Shown here in pieces: positions 1-8,381 of a stretch of DNA of 64,000 nucleotides. Made by a program: the position numbers and the translations under genes. Each line of letters begins with the position of its first letter. Position 1 is the stretch's first letter. A model generated the notes under the pieces. That model was not told the DNA's origin. It did no database searches and was given only the letters and a program-made list of their open reading frames with translations. The stretch spans positions 62,001 to 126,000 of IMG/VR virus record IMGVR_UViG_3300022921_000002. One strand, given 5' to 3'.

Positions 1-481
1 CGTCAGGATCATCCGCAACAGTAACTTTGGTAACACGAGACATTTTTTGTCCATGAAGGTGTGTTTTCTGTAGCTCTTCACCACGTTCTAATCTGGAATG
101 ATGCGGTTGCCCTAAGTTTTCTGGTTGTTTTGCTCTACTGTTCAATTCAGGTTGTTCTGTTATTACACCCCAACCTTTTGTTTCAGGATTGATTTCTTCA
201 TTATATTGAGTAGGAACTGTTCCGATAATAATTGGTTGCTGTGCATCTCTACCATCAATAAACAAACCAAAAACGAAATCGTTTTCATCAGGAATTTGAT
301 TAAATAAGTCATTTACAAGGCAACTTGCCCATGGTAATGATTGAGTCGGAACTTTATCATTCAAACCATGTACTCCAAATGCTCTTACTTGAACTCGTCC
401 TTGCTTTTGTGGATCATCTCTATTCTCAATAACACCAATAAAGAATAAAGGTTCTCTTATGCCAACACCGTATGGGAACAT
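1..481 (-). CDS. gp5: Baseplate hub/tail spike gp5, N-terminal OB domain (partial; continues beyond position 1)
   Basis: Manual translation from ATG at 481 gives MFPYGVGIREPLFFIGVIENRDDPQKQGRVQVRAFGVHG...LPWA, matching the gp5 pattern FVGVVEDRxDPxKLGRVRVR. TAATG overlap with the upstream gene. Not in the ORF track. Confidence 0.85.
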   Translation of the reverse strand, partial: MFPYGVGIREPLFFIGVIENRDDPQKQGRVQVRAFGVHGLNDKVPTQSLPWASCLVNDLFNQIPDENDFVFGLFIDGRDAQQPIIIGTVPTQYNEEINPETKGWGVITEQPELNSRAKQPENLGQPHHSRLERGEELQKTHLHGQKMSRVTKVTVADDPD

Positions 482-1854
482 TAATCATTACTCCAATCAT
501 ATTTAACAAGCTCAAAGTTGGTCCGTACTTTATCGTTTTCCAATGTATGCTTGGTTGTAAATACAAGATACCTACCTGATAGCTGTTGATGGTTATTAGA
601 AGTACCTAAAGCATCAAATCCTTGAACTGTAAGATCAATTAATTGACCAGGCATAATATCCATTCGGCCTGTTAATGATGCCGATACTTTAGTGTTGTAT
701 AAATGGTGCCTGTATGCTATTCGGTTTGAAACTAAATCATCAAGTCTTTGGTCAGATGCCAATTCACGTGAAGTAGCATAAGGTCCGGTAAAATCACGGA
801 ATGCAAGAAACCGTGGACCGTTGTCAATTCTAAATGTTTCTTCAGCAAATTCTCTAGAATGTGGAAAATCAATTTGGCCTCTTCGTGCCTGAACTCCTGA
901 CATATCAACAAACTCAGCTTCTTCGGTATACTTATATGTTGATTCAGTATAGTTGTGGTTTAATATATCAACTACACAAACCGTACTTGCATATCCGCCT
1001 GATTTTATATCTTTACCAATATCACTACCTCTTGAATTAATAGTGATATATTCAATACGATTAAGTTGCTTTTCAGGTTCAGTAGGATCATATGTTGCAT
1101 TAGGTGAATAAAAGAATTTTTGTATTACGTCATCTGCTTCAACTGATTCTTTAATTAAATATTCATCAGTCACAAAAAAGTAATCAGTTAAATTTTCAAA
1201 GAAACGATAAGTCTGTGAATTTGCTTCACCATAAGCACGTCGAGCAAGGAACAACATTGTTTCCGACGGTGTGTAATGCGGGATAGCTAAATTGTTTAAA
1301 CCAATTGTAGGTTGTATTGTAAACTTTCGGCTTTCATTTGTTGCAAAATTAACTAATGGAAATTTAGCAGTACCATATGGGAATGTTCTGCTTCCTTCAT
1401 TTCTAACAGCAGTGCCAAGTGTTGCGAAATAATTTCTAAACGTATATTCAACAATTTGGTTTATTGATTTATTGGCAAACCCTTCTTCAACATCCGACGC
1501 AACGGCTGCCGAATAAGTAACTGCTGATATAAAATGAATATTATACCGAACACCATTCATACTTTCAGTAGGTACTAAATTATCAATACGAATAACCTGA
1601 CACGCCAAATCATATTCAGTATCAAGGTCGTGGGATACAATTTTTAAAATTAATTGTTCTTCGCCAAGTAATGGTGTCTTGTCAAGGAAACCAACGGTGT
1701 CTAGGACAGCGGCTACACCACTCCATGAAGTCATACCCATCGACTGATTGATTTCAATACCATCAATCATCCCGGCGATATTTTCATCAAGGTTTGTGTA
1801 TTTGTTTCTTAACGTAAATGAAACAATCGTATATGATGATGGATTAAATGCCAT
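481..1854 (-). CDS. Baseplate hub protein, gp27-like
   Basis: 457 aa, lies between gp53 and gp5; N-terminal ...SGVAAVLDTVGFLDKTPLLGEEQL and C-terminal LSGRYLVFTTKH resemble phage hub proteins. Confidence 0.65.
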   Translation of the reverse strand: MAFNPSSYTIVSFTLRNKYTNLDENIAGMIDGIEINQSMGMTSWSGVAAVLDTVGFLDKTPLLGEEQLILKIVSHDLDTEYDLACQVIRIDNLVPTESMNGVRYNIHFISAVTYSAAVASDVEEGFANKSINQIVEYTFRNYFATLGTAVRNEGSRTFPYGTAKFPLVNFATNESRKFTIQPTIGLNNLAIPHYTPSETMLFLARRAYGEANSQTYRFFENLTDYFFVTDEYLIKESVEADDVIQKFFYSPNATYDPTEPEKQLNRIEYITINSRGSDIGKDIKSGGYASTVCVVDILNHNYTESTYKYTEEAEFVDMSGVQARRGQIDFPHSREFAEETFRIDNGPRFLAFRDFTGPYATSRELASDQRLDDLVSNRIAYRHHLYNTKVSASLTGRMDIMPGQLIDLTVQGFDALGTSNNHQQLSGRYLVFTTKHTLENDKVRTNFELVKYDWSND

Positions 1855-2109
1855 TTATAGTTTTATACTTTTTACAAATTCTTCGGTTACTTGTGGTAAA
1901 TACTTTTTATCAATTAAAAAGATCTCACGTTTGTTTTCGTTTATTGCTCGTTCGTTATCCCAAATGCGCCAAGGTTTCCATTCTTCAGGAATAATACGTT
2001 TAATAATAATTTTACGACCTTGTTCTGTTCTGATAATAACTCGGTCTTCCTTACGAAGATAAATTGTTTCAAAACTTTCAGGTGTTAATTTGACTAGATC
2101 AACTGCCAT
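1855..2109 (-). CDS. Baseplate wedge gp53, C-terminal portion as a separate ORF
   Basis: WDNERAINENKREIFLIDKKYL resembles the gp53 C-terminal E..ENE.KR.I.ii motif; in frame with 2113..2487; own SD AGGGAGG at 2118-2124. Confidence 0.6.
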   Translation of the reverse strand: MAVDLVKLTPESFETIYLRKEDRVIIRTEQGRKIIIKRIIPEEWKPWRIWDNERAINENKREIFLIDKKYLPQVTEEFVKSIKL

Positions 2110-2112
2110 TTA

Positions 2113-2487
2113 TTAAACCTCCCTATACCAATAGATGATGTTTTCATCGTTATCTTCTTGTGTCCAATCGACTACATCATCACCAATCCTACCTGATACA
2201 TTACCGTATTTGTCAATTAAGAAATCTTTAAATTCTGCTTCCGACAACGGCCACTCATGGTAAGGATCCATTATATTGTTTGCCATATAAACGAGCCAAG
2301 TATAATCAACTGAACCGTAATAAAAATTAGCAATATCCTCAGCTCTTTCACCTTCACTAATTGTATATGGTAAATAAAGTAAAGGGTTTGTACTTACGTT
2401 ACGAACAAATTGATTTCTTCGTGTAATGTCACGTACCTGTTTACCTTCGTATGTTATAATTGGAAAATTTTCAAAATACTTTGCCAT
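2113..2487 (-). CDS. gp53: Baseplate wedge gp53, N-terminal LysM-like portion
   Basis: MAKYFENFP...YTISEGERAEDIANFYYGSVDYTWLVYMANNIMDPYHEWPL, typical gp53 signature. Confidence 0.85.
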   Translation of the reverse strand: MAKYFENFPIITYEGKQVRDITRRNQFVRNVSTNPLLYLPYTISEGERAEDIANFYYGSVDYTWLVYMANNIMDPYHEWPLSEAEFKDFLIDKYGNVSGRIGDDVVDWTQEDNDENIIYWYREV

Positions 2488-3470
2488 TAAGTTTCTCCTA
2501 CCGCATTAGCATCTGCACCGGCGCTAACACCATAATCATTCGCAGTTTGAATTTCGAGTTCTTGGAAGGTTAATGCTATTTGAACTGCTGATGGTTTACC
2601 ACCTTTCATAATGCTTGTCAATCCGCCAACTTGATAATTAACAGTAAACTGTGTAACCATTGAAGTTTTATATTGCATCCAATGAGTAGGATCAATTCCC
2701 AATAAAAAGATATCTACTGTTGAAGGATATGACAAGAATGCCTGTGTAAGACCAGCAAAATCTCGTGCTACAGGTAATGTCTTTTGTTTGAACCTTTCAA
2801 CAATCTTTTTAATCAAAATTGAATCAGATTTATTCGTTGGATATAAATCAAATGTCATATTATGAGTTCTTAAATCAACACCTTCAAACGATAGTGTTTC
2901 TCTTGGGTTAACAGTATTTCCTTGCACCGTATCAAGTGTTCTGCCAATGTCACCTGGCAATTTACTACGCAAAAGGTATTGTGCTGACTTGGCGGTATCA
3001 GCAAGGCTTGATCCCATAATCGCCGATCCTGCTGCATTAATAGACATATCCTCAGGTGCATTTCTACCCATACCCGCTCCTAATGACATTAGTAGTTGTG
3101 GTAGATCTGAAACTTTTGAATTGCCAAAATCACCAGATGCAGCAAATTCTCTTGCCGCAGTAGCAAGGTATTCCGTTGTTTTATTTCTTTCAAACCCATT
3201 AATTCTAAGGTTCGTATCATCCTGTAGTGTTGTGGGAAAAGGTAGTTCAATAGAATTAATTGATCTTAATTCACTACCTACAGCTCTCTGCCCAACTCTT
3301 TCACTACTTGCGTTTAATCCACCGCCTAGTGCAGTTTTAAAATCATAATCTTTAAAAACGAACAGAACCGAATGTGGTACAGGCGATGTTGGAAACGATA
3401 AATTACCTTGAGTGTTCTTATTGCGCCATGCATTTCTGTCCAGCTCTGGGCGAGTTGATGTTTTCGCCAT
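2487..3470 (-). CDS. gp48: Baseplate tail-tube cap gp48
   Basis: IELPFP, VNPRETLSFEGVDLRTHNMTFDLYP, YPSTV and LTFQELE motifs. Confidence 0.75.
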   Translation of the reverse strand: MAKTSTRPELDRNAWRNKNTQGNLSFPTSPVPHSVLFVFKDYDFKTALGGGLNASSERVGQRAVGSELRSINSIELPFPTTLQDDTNLRINGFERNKTTEYLATAAREFAASGDFGNSKVSDLPQLLMSLGAGMGRNAPEDMSINAAGSAIMGSSLADTAKSAQYLLRSKLPGDIGRTLDTVQGNTVNPRETLSFEGVDLRTHNMTFDLYPTNKSDSILIKKIVERFKQKTLPVARDFAGLTQAFLSYPSTVDIFLLGIDPTHWMQYKTSMVTQFTVNYQVGGLTSIMKGGKPSAVQIALTFQELEIQTANDYGVSAGADANAVGET

Positions 3471-3488
3471 TTGATTCGGTCCTTTTCT

Positions 3489-3496
3489 TATAAATA
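3489..3496 (+). promoter_or_regulatory. T4-type late promoter TATAAATA (gp4-gp2-gp54-gp26 operon)
   Basis: Exact TATAAATA 27 nt upstream of gp4. Confidence 0.8.
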
Positions 3497-3507
3497 GTTT
3501 ATGTTCT

Positions 3508-3515
3508 TATTTATA
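3508..3515 (-). promoter_or_regulatory. T4-type late promoter TATAAATA (gp48-gp53-gp27-gp5 operon)
   Basis: tatttata on the + strand, 38 nt upstream of the gp48 start. Confidence 0.8.
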
Positions 3516-3522
3516 TGGAAGT

Positions 3523-3987
3523 GTGAGCAGGATATTGGCGTATAGTGGTAGGTTTCGGCCGAAAAACCCGCAGAAATATAAAGGTGACCCCACAAAGATT
3601 ATTTATCGTTCGCTGTGGGAGTTTAAATTCTTTAGACACGTAGATAAACATCCTGATGTGATTTGGTGGCAAAGTGAAGAGGTTATTGTACCTTATAGAT
3701 CACCAATTGATGGGCGGTTGCATCGGTATTTTCCTGATGTGATTGTTAGGCAGAAAAAGCCTGACGGTAAGACCGAAACATTAATGATTGAAATTAAACC
3801 AAAGGCACAGACAAGGCCACCTGATATTCGTAATAAAAGTACACTCAAAGGTCGTGTATCAAAACGCTATTTGAATGAGGTTAAAACCTGGGGTGTTAAT
3901 GAAGCAAAGTGGAAAGCAGCACAAAATTTCTGTGCTGACCGCGGATGGAAATTTTTGATATATACTGAAGATCATTTAGGAGTTTAA
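3523..3987 (+). CDS. gp4: Head completion nuclease gp4 (TnsA-like)
   Basis: AYSGRFRPKNPQKYKGDPTKIIYRSLWE, RYFPD, IEIKP, NEAKWKAA; GTG or TTG start. Confidence 0.92.
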   Translation: MSRILAYSGRFRPKNPQKYKGDPTKIIYRSLWEFKFFRHVDKHPDVIWWQSEEVIVPYRSPIDGRLHRYFPDVIVRQKKPDGKTETLMIEIKPKAQTRPPDIRNKSTLKGRVSKRYLNEVKTWGVNEAKWKAAQNFCADRGWKFLIYTEDHLGV

Positions 3988-3989
3988 AA

Positions 3990-4598
3990 ATGGTAGCAAA
4001 ATTATTTGACGATATACTATTAAGAGGTATCCGTGAAGGGCAAATCCCTGCACGTACTGCAGGTGCCAGAGATTGGTATCGTCAGCAAGCCGCTACAGTT
4101 GGAAAAGGTGAAGCAAAAGGTGAAAAACTTATTCGTGAAGCCGGTAAAGAAAGATATGAAAACAGATTTAGGTTAGGCCATATGTATATGTTTGCATATG
4201 ATCCAAAGCACAAAAAGACATTACCATACTATGATAGGTTTCCACTTATATTTCCGATAAATAGAGCACAAGGTGGTTTTCTTGGTATCAATATGCATTA
4301 TTTGCCACCCACCTTAAGAGCAAAATTAATGGACCAACTATATACTGTTGCCTCCAATAAAAAATATGATGAGACTACTAAATTGAGGATTAGTTATGAC
4401 GTATTAAACGGAGCATCTAAGTTTAAGTTATTTGCACCTACGGTGAAACATTATTTAACAAAGCAGGTAAGAACGAGATTAGTATATATTAATCCTTCAG
4501 AATGGGATATTGCATTATTCTTACCGACACAAAAATTTGTTGGTGCCAAACAATCAAAAGTTTGGTCTGACTCAAGAAAAGCCGTAAGAGGAAGATAA
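3990..4598 (+). CDS. gp2: DNA end protector protein gp2
   Basis: YDPKHKKTLPYYDRFPLIF, GINMHYLPP, VKHYL motifs. Confidence 0.92.
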   Translation: MVAKLFDDILLRGIREGQIPARTAGARDWYRQQAATVGKGEAKGEKLIREAGKERYENRFRLGHMYMFAYDPKHKKTLPYYDRFPLIFPINRAQGGFLGINMHYLPPTLRAKLMDQLYTVASNKKYDETTKLRISYDVLNGASKFKLFAPTVKHYLTKQVRTRLVYINPSEWDIALFLPTQKFVGAKQSKVWSDSRKAVRGR

Positions 4599-5366
4599 AT
4601 GTCTTTTAACATATCAAAATTTAAATCAAATATGGACCGTTACGGTGGACCTGCTCATACCTCATTATTTGAAGTTCAAATCATACCACCTGGTGTTAGA
4701 ATTGAATCAGGATTAACACCAAGAGAACTTACATTCTTTTGTAAAACTGCCGCGGTACCAGGTTTAACTGTAAGAACAGAAACACTTGAACAGATTGGCC
4801 AATTGCCAAAACAGTTTCCCGTAGGAATGGATAACCAACAATTTAATACAATCTTTATGCTTGACTCCGACCATGCTGTTGTGAGTTATTTCCATTCATG
4901 GATACAGTCAGTTGTAAATTACGGTTCAAAAGGTGGAAGCTTTGCCGAGGTTGATGGGCAACTGCCGTATGAGGTGGGATACAAAGATGAGTATTCATGC
5001 CGAATGATTATCAAATATTATTCAACACGTGGCAAAATTGAAACTTATTATGAAACAATTCTTGACGGATGTTATCCAACAATCATTGGTGATATTGATT
5101 TGGCGTGGGAAAACAATGACAGCTTTGGCACATTACCTGTTGCGTTTGCATACGATCGCATTGCATTTAGTGGAGAAAAGGTTGGTTTGGTTGGAACACT
5201 TGAACGGTTTGGACGAGGTGCAGGATTGTTATCATTACTCGAATCAGTAGGAAGCATTGGTCAAACAATTCAACAAGGTTTAAGACCTGTTGGTATTCAA
5301 GATGCAATTAATAAGTTTACTAAAGTAAGAAGCGATTTCGATAATATATCAAAAATATTTAGATAA
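4599..5366 (+). CDS. gp54: Baseplate-tail tube initiator gp54 (gp19 family)
   Basis: MSFNISKFKS...GGPAHTSLFEV, FCKTAAVPG, YPTIIGDIDLAW, LPVAFAY. Confidence 0.75.
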   Translation: MSFNISKFKSNMDRYGGPAHTSLFEVQIIPPGVRIESGLTPRELTFFCKTAAVPGLTVRTETLEQIGQLPKQFPVGMDNQQFNTIFMLDSDHAVVSYFHSWIQSVVNYGSKGGSFAEVDGQLPYEVGYKDEYSCRMIIKYYSTRGKIETYYETILDGCYPTIIGDIDLAWENNDSFGTLPVAFAYDRIAFSGEKVGLVGTLERFGRGAGLLSLLESVGSIGQTIQQGLRPVGIQDAINKFTKVRSDFDNISKIFR

Positions 5367-5383
5367 TAAGAGAGAGATAAATT

Positions 5384-6085
5384 ATGACACTACCAAAAAT
5401 TGATTTGCCGATTTATGAGATGGAATTGCCATCAACCGGTGAAACTATCAAGTACCGTCCCTTCACGGTTAAAGAAGAAAAGATTCTATTAGTTGCTCAA
5501 GCATCTAAAGATAGTACACAAGAAATGGTTGCATCAAAGCAAATTGTAAATAACTGTTTGATTGACTATGATGTTAATAAATTAGCAATGTTTGATCTTG
5601 AGCTTATTCTATTAACATTGAGATCAAAATCCGTTGATAACTTAATTGAAATGCAGATCACTGATCCTGAGACAGAAGAAACTGTTGATATTTCAATTGA
5701 TTTAATGGACACTGAAATTATTAAAAATGATAAGCATACTAACAAAGTTAGGATCAATGAAGATTACACATTAATTTTAAAGTATCCTTCGATTGATGAG
5801 TATATTAAGATTACTGAAATGGACGAAGAGGATCCATTGGTATCATATCAAATTATGGTTTCCTGTTTGGATAAAGTTGCATCGGAAGATGAAGTTTATG
5901 AGTTTTCAAAGTATTCACAAAAAGAAATAGATCAATTCATGGAAGATGTGACAACCCCGGTCGTTGACGGTATTAGACTATTTTTTGAAACAATGCCAAA
6001 AATAAGACACACTAAAACATACAAGAATAAAAACGGTGACACTAAAAACTTTGTAATAGAAGGAATGCGAAGTTTTTTTACATAA
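5384..6085 (+). CDS. gp26: Baseplate hub assembly protein gp26-like
   Basis: MTLPKIDLPIYEMELPSTGETIKYRPFTVKEEKILL, LRSKSV, FFETMPK motifs. Confidence 0.88.
   Translation: MTLPKIDLPIYEMELPSTGETIKYRPFTVKEEKILLVAQASKDSTQEMVASKQIVNNCLIDYDVNKLAMFDLELILLTLRSKSVDNLIEMQITDPETEETVDISIDLMDTEIIKNDKHTNKVRINEDYTLILKYPSIDEYIKITEMDEEDPLVSYQIMVSCLDKVASEDEVYEFSKYSQKEIDQFMEDVTTPVVDGIRLFFETMPKIRHTKTYKNKNGDTKNFVIEGMRSFFT
6073..6079 (+). other. Candidate -1 ribosomal slippery site T TTT TTT linking gp26 to the gp51 frame
   Basis: AGT TTT TTT ACA TAA; the -1 frame TTT TTT TAC ATA ATG TTG is open into gp51; SD-like AAGGA at 6060-6064. Confidence 0.5.
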
Positions 6086-6249
6086 TGTTGTGCCATTCAT
6101 CACTGAGCGAATATTACCAAACGATGTTTGCTCTGGTACAACATCATAAGTATTCTATATCAGATATTGAAAGTTTGGTACCGTATGAAAAAGAATTATA
6201 TTTTACAATGTTAATTGAGTTCATGGAAAAGCAAAACGAGAATAGGTAA
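6085..6249 (+). CDS. gp51: Baseplate hub assembly catalyst gp51-like (54 aa)
   Basis: Manual translation MLCHSSLSEYYQTMFALVQHHKYSISDIESLVPYEKELYFTMLIEFMEKQNENR; TAATG overlap; below the ORF-track cutoff. Confidence 0.85.
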   Translation: MLCHSSLSEYYQTMFALVQHHKYSISDIESLVPYEKELYFTMLIEFMEKQNENR

Positions 6250-6254
6250 GAAAC

Positions 6255-8381
6255 ATGGCTAGAGAATATTCCAAAGATACAGAAGCAATCATTCAAAGGC
6301 TTAGGGATGAAGGTGACCTGATCCGTAATAGTGGAACAAATTCATTAAAATCAGTCAGTTCAAAACTCGACAAGTTTGGTGATGTTTTCAAATCAATTAA
6401 CAATGGAATACAAGCTCAAAGCGTAATGCTAAAGCAAGCACAAGGTATTGCGGAAGAACAATACGAGTACACAAAAAGACAACAGGAATTTGATGATTTA
6501 AAATCAGAAAAGCTTTCTGATGATACTCGTAAGAATGCCGAAGCCCGTGACGCAAAATTAATTGACGGTGTTACAAAAGCATTTAACTTAGGTAACCTTA
6601 CCAAATTACTTGCAGGTGGTGCAGGACTTGCTGCCGCAGGCCTTATAGGTAAAGGGTTTATGGATGAAAGATTTCCTAATGCATTTGACGGTATCAAAGA
6701 TACAGTAGCGGACTTGCGAGGAACTATTGACGGTATGAACCAGGCAGCCGCTGAATTAACACGAACCGTTAATGAAATAAAAACAGATATTCAAAAATTT
6801 AAAGATGCTGTACCATGGGAAGCCCTTGCGATCACACTTGCAGGACTTGCCCTTCTTCCATCAAGAGCAGGTCGGTTTGGCTTTGGTCTTGCCGCAGGTG
6901 CTGCTACTGGTGCATATAAAGTATTTAAGGGTGCAAGGCAAGGTGATGCTGGTTTAGCACAAGCGAAGGCAATTAAAGAAGCACAAGAGCGAGCAGCGAA
7001 AGAAGCAGCAGAAGCAGCGGCAAAAGAAGCAGCAGAAGTTGCAGCAAAGCAAGCAGCGGAAGCGGCGGCTAAGAAAGCAGCTCAAACTGCTGCATCTGAT
7101 GATAAGTTAATTGCTATCGCGGCGGAGCAGGCAGCAAAAGTTGCAAGTGAAGAAGCAGCAGAAGCAGCGGCAAAACGTACGGCGGCAATCTCAGCATCAG
7201 TCGCATTGCAACAAGCAGCATATGCTGATGCCGCTGGTCCTAATAGATATAGAATTCAACCACCGTCATTACCTCACCCTGGCAAAATGTTTACAGCACC
7301 GGGTCAAATGCCCGCGCCTAATATTAATATTACAGAAACACCTTCTGGTTTTATTTATCAAGATATGGATAATAATAATAGGTTTATGCCAAGGGATGTG
7401 GCGCAACAACGATTATCAGCTGCAGGATTTGGACCTGACGGTTTACCAAATTATGGTAAGGCGCCTCGACAACCACGTGTCGGCCCAAGGGGTGGGGATG
7501 CTGGTTTAGCAGAGGCACGAAGAATGTTGCAAGTTGGAGAAAAGCAGGGTGCAGAACTTTTAGCAAATGCTGACCGAGGTTTGATGAAAAAAATGGTAGC
7601 ATCTGAAACCACTAAAATCGCGGTAAAATGGATTCCCGCTGTTGGTGCAGTTATAGGTCTTGGGTTTGTAGCATATAGTCTTATAATAGGAGATTATACA
7701 ACCGCCGGTTTAGAATCAGTCGGTGTGGCAATGCCTAGTATTACTGGTATTGCTGCTGATATCGCCGCAGCTACTACTTCAATATTTTTCCATGTTGGAG
7801 GAGTAGGTCCTTATAACCAATTCAACCCAGCACACCGTGCACTGTATATGGAAATTGCTGCGATGTTACGAGATTCAGTTGATAAGTATATGGAAGATAA
7901 AGCAAGGGCAAGAGCAGAACGAGCAGCACAACCTTCCCAATGGGAACTCTTAGCAAGAGAAGCAGAAATTAAAGGTGGCAATGCTCGTATTGCAAGTCAA
8001 GCAACTTATTATGAAAAAAATGAAAGTGGAGGATTTTTGGGATTGCGCCGTTATTCAGTATTTAATGCTGCAGGACAATTTGTTCGTTATTCACGTACAA
8101 AACCTGAAGGTACTACATCTATGGATGGTTTCCGTATTAATCAAGCAAGGAATACTAGTTACCCATCAGCACAGCGCCAAATGGCACGAGCACAAATGGT
8201 TGCAGCAGGTGCAATAGGCACAGGCGGACAATATAACATCCATATGGGTGATACCGTTAACGCCCCAATGAATTATACTGAAGGTTCTAAGTCACAGGCA
8301 AATGTTAGAATGAACGGTACAAGTCTGCACGGCGGTGCTACCGATGATCCGTTTAATAATTTGCCACCAGGTATTAACTAA
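6255..8381 (+). CDS. Tape-measure/baseplate hub-like protein (gp29 position)
   Basis: 708 aa, helical and Ala-rich, directly after gp26/gp51; hydrophobic Gly/Ala segments. Confidence 0.55.
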   Translation: MAREYSKDTEAIIQRLRDEGDLIRNSGTNSLKSVSSKLDKFGDVFKSINNGIQAQSVMLKQAQGIAEEQYEYTKRQQEFDDLKSEKLSDDTRKNAEARDAKLIDGVTKAFNLGNLTKLLAGGAGLAAAGLIGKGFMDERFPNAFDGIKDTVADLRGTIDGMNQAAAELTRTVNEIKTDIQKFKDAVPWEALAITLAGLALLPSRAGRFGFGLAAGAATGAYKVFKGARQGDAGLAQAKAIKEAQERAAKEAAEAAAKEAAEVAAKQAAEAAAKKAAQTAASDDKLIAIAAEQAAKVASEEAAEAAAKRTAAISASVALQQAAYADAAGPNRYRIQPPSLPHPGKMFTAPGQMPAPNINITETPSGFIYQDMDNNNRFMPRDVAQQRLSAAGFGPDGLPNYGKAPRQPRVGPRGGDAGLAEARRMLQVGEKQGAELLANADRGLMKKMVASETTKIAVKWIPAVGAVIGLGFVAYSLIIGDYTTAGLESVGVAMPSITGIAADIAAATTSIFFHVGGVGPYNQFNPAHRALYMEIAAMLRDSVDKYMEDKARARAERAAQPSQWELLAREAEIKGGNARIASQATYYEKNESGGFLGLRRYSVFNAAGQFVRYSRTKPEGTTSMDGFRINQARNTSYPSAQRQMARAQMVAAGAIGTGGQYNIHMGDTVNAPMNYTEGSKSQANVRMNGTSLHGGATDDPFNNLPPGIN
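6993..7177 (+). repeat. Imperfect coding repeats encoding (A)AKEAAEAA-type Ala/Lys/Glu helix
   Basis: gcagcgaaagaagcagcagaagcagcggcaaaagaagcagcagaa... translating to AAKEAAEAAAKEAAEVAAKQAAEAAAKKAA. Confidence 0.75.

Noticed and set aside
2107-2118. Stop-codon reassignment or readthrough explaining the gp53 split
   Set aside because: There are two consecutive TAA codons and a dedicated SD, and TAA terminates most genes normally in this window.
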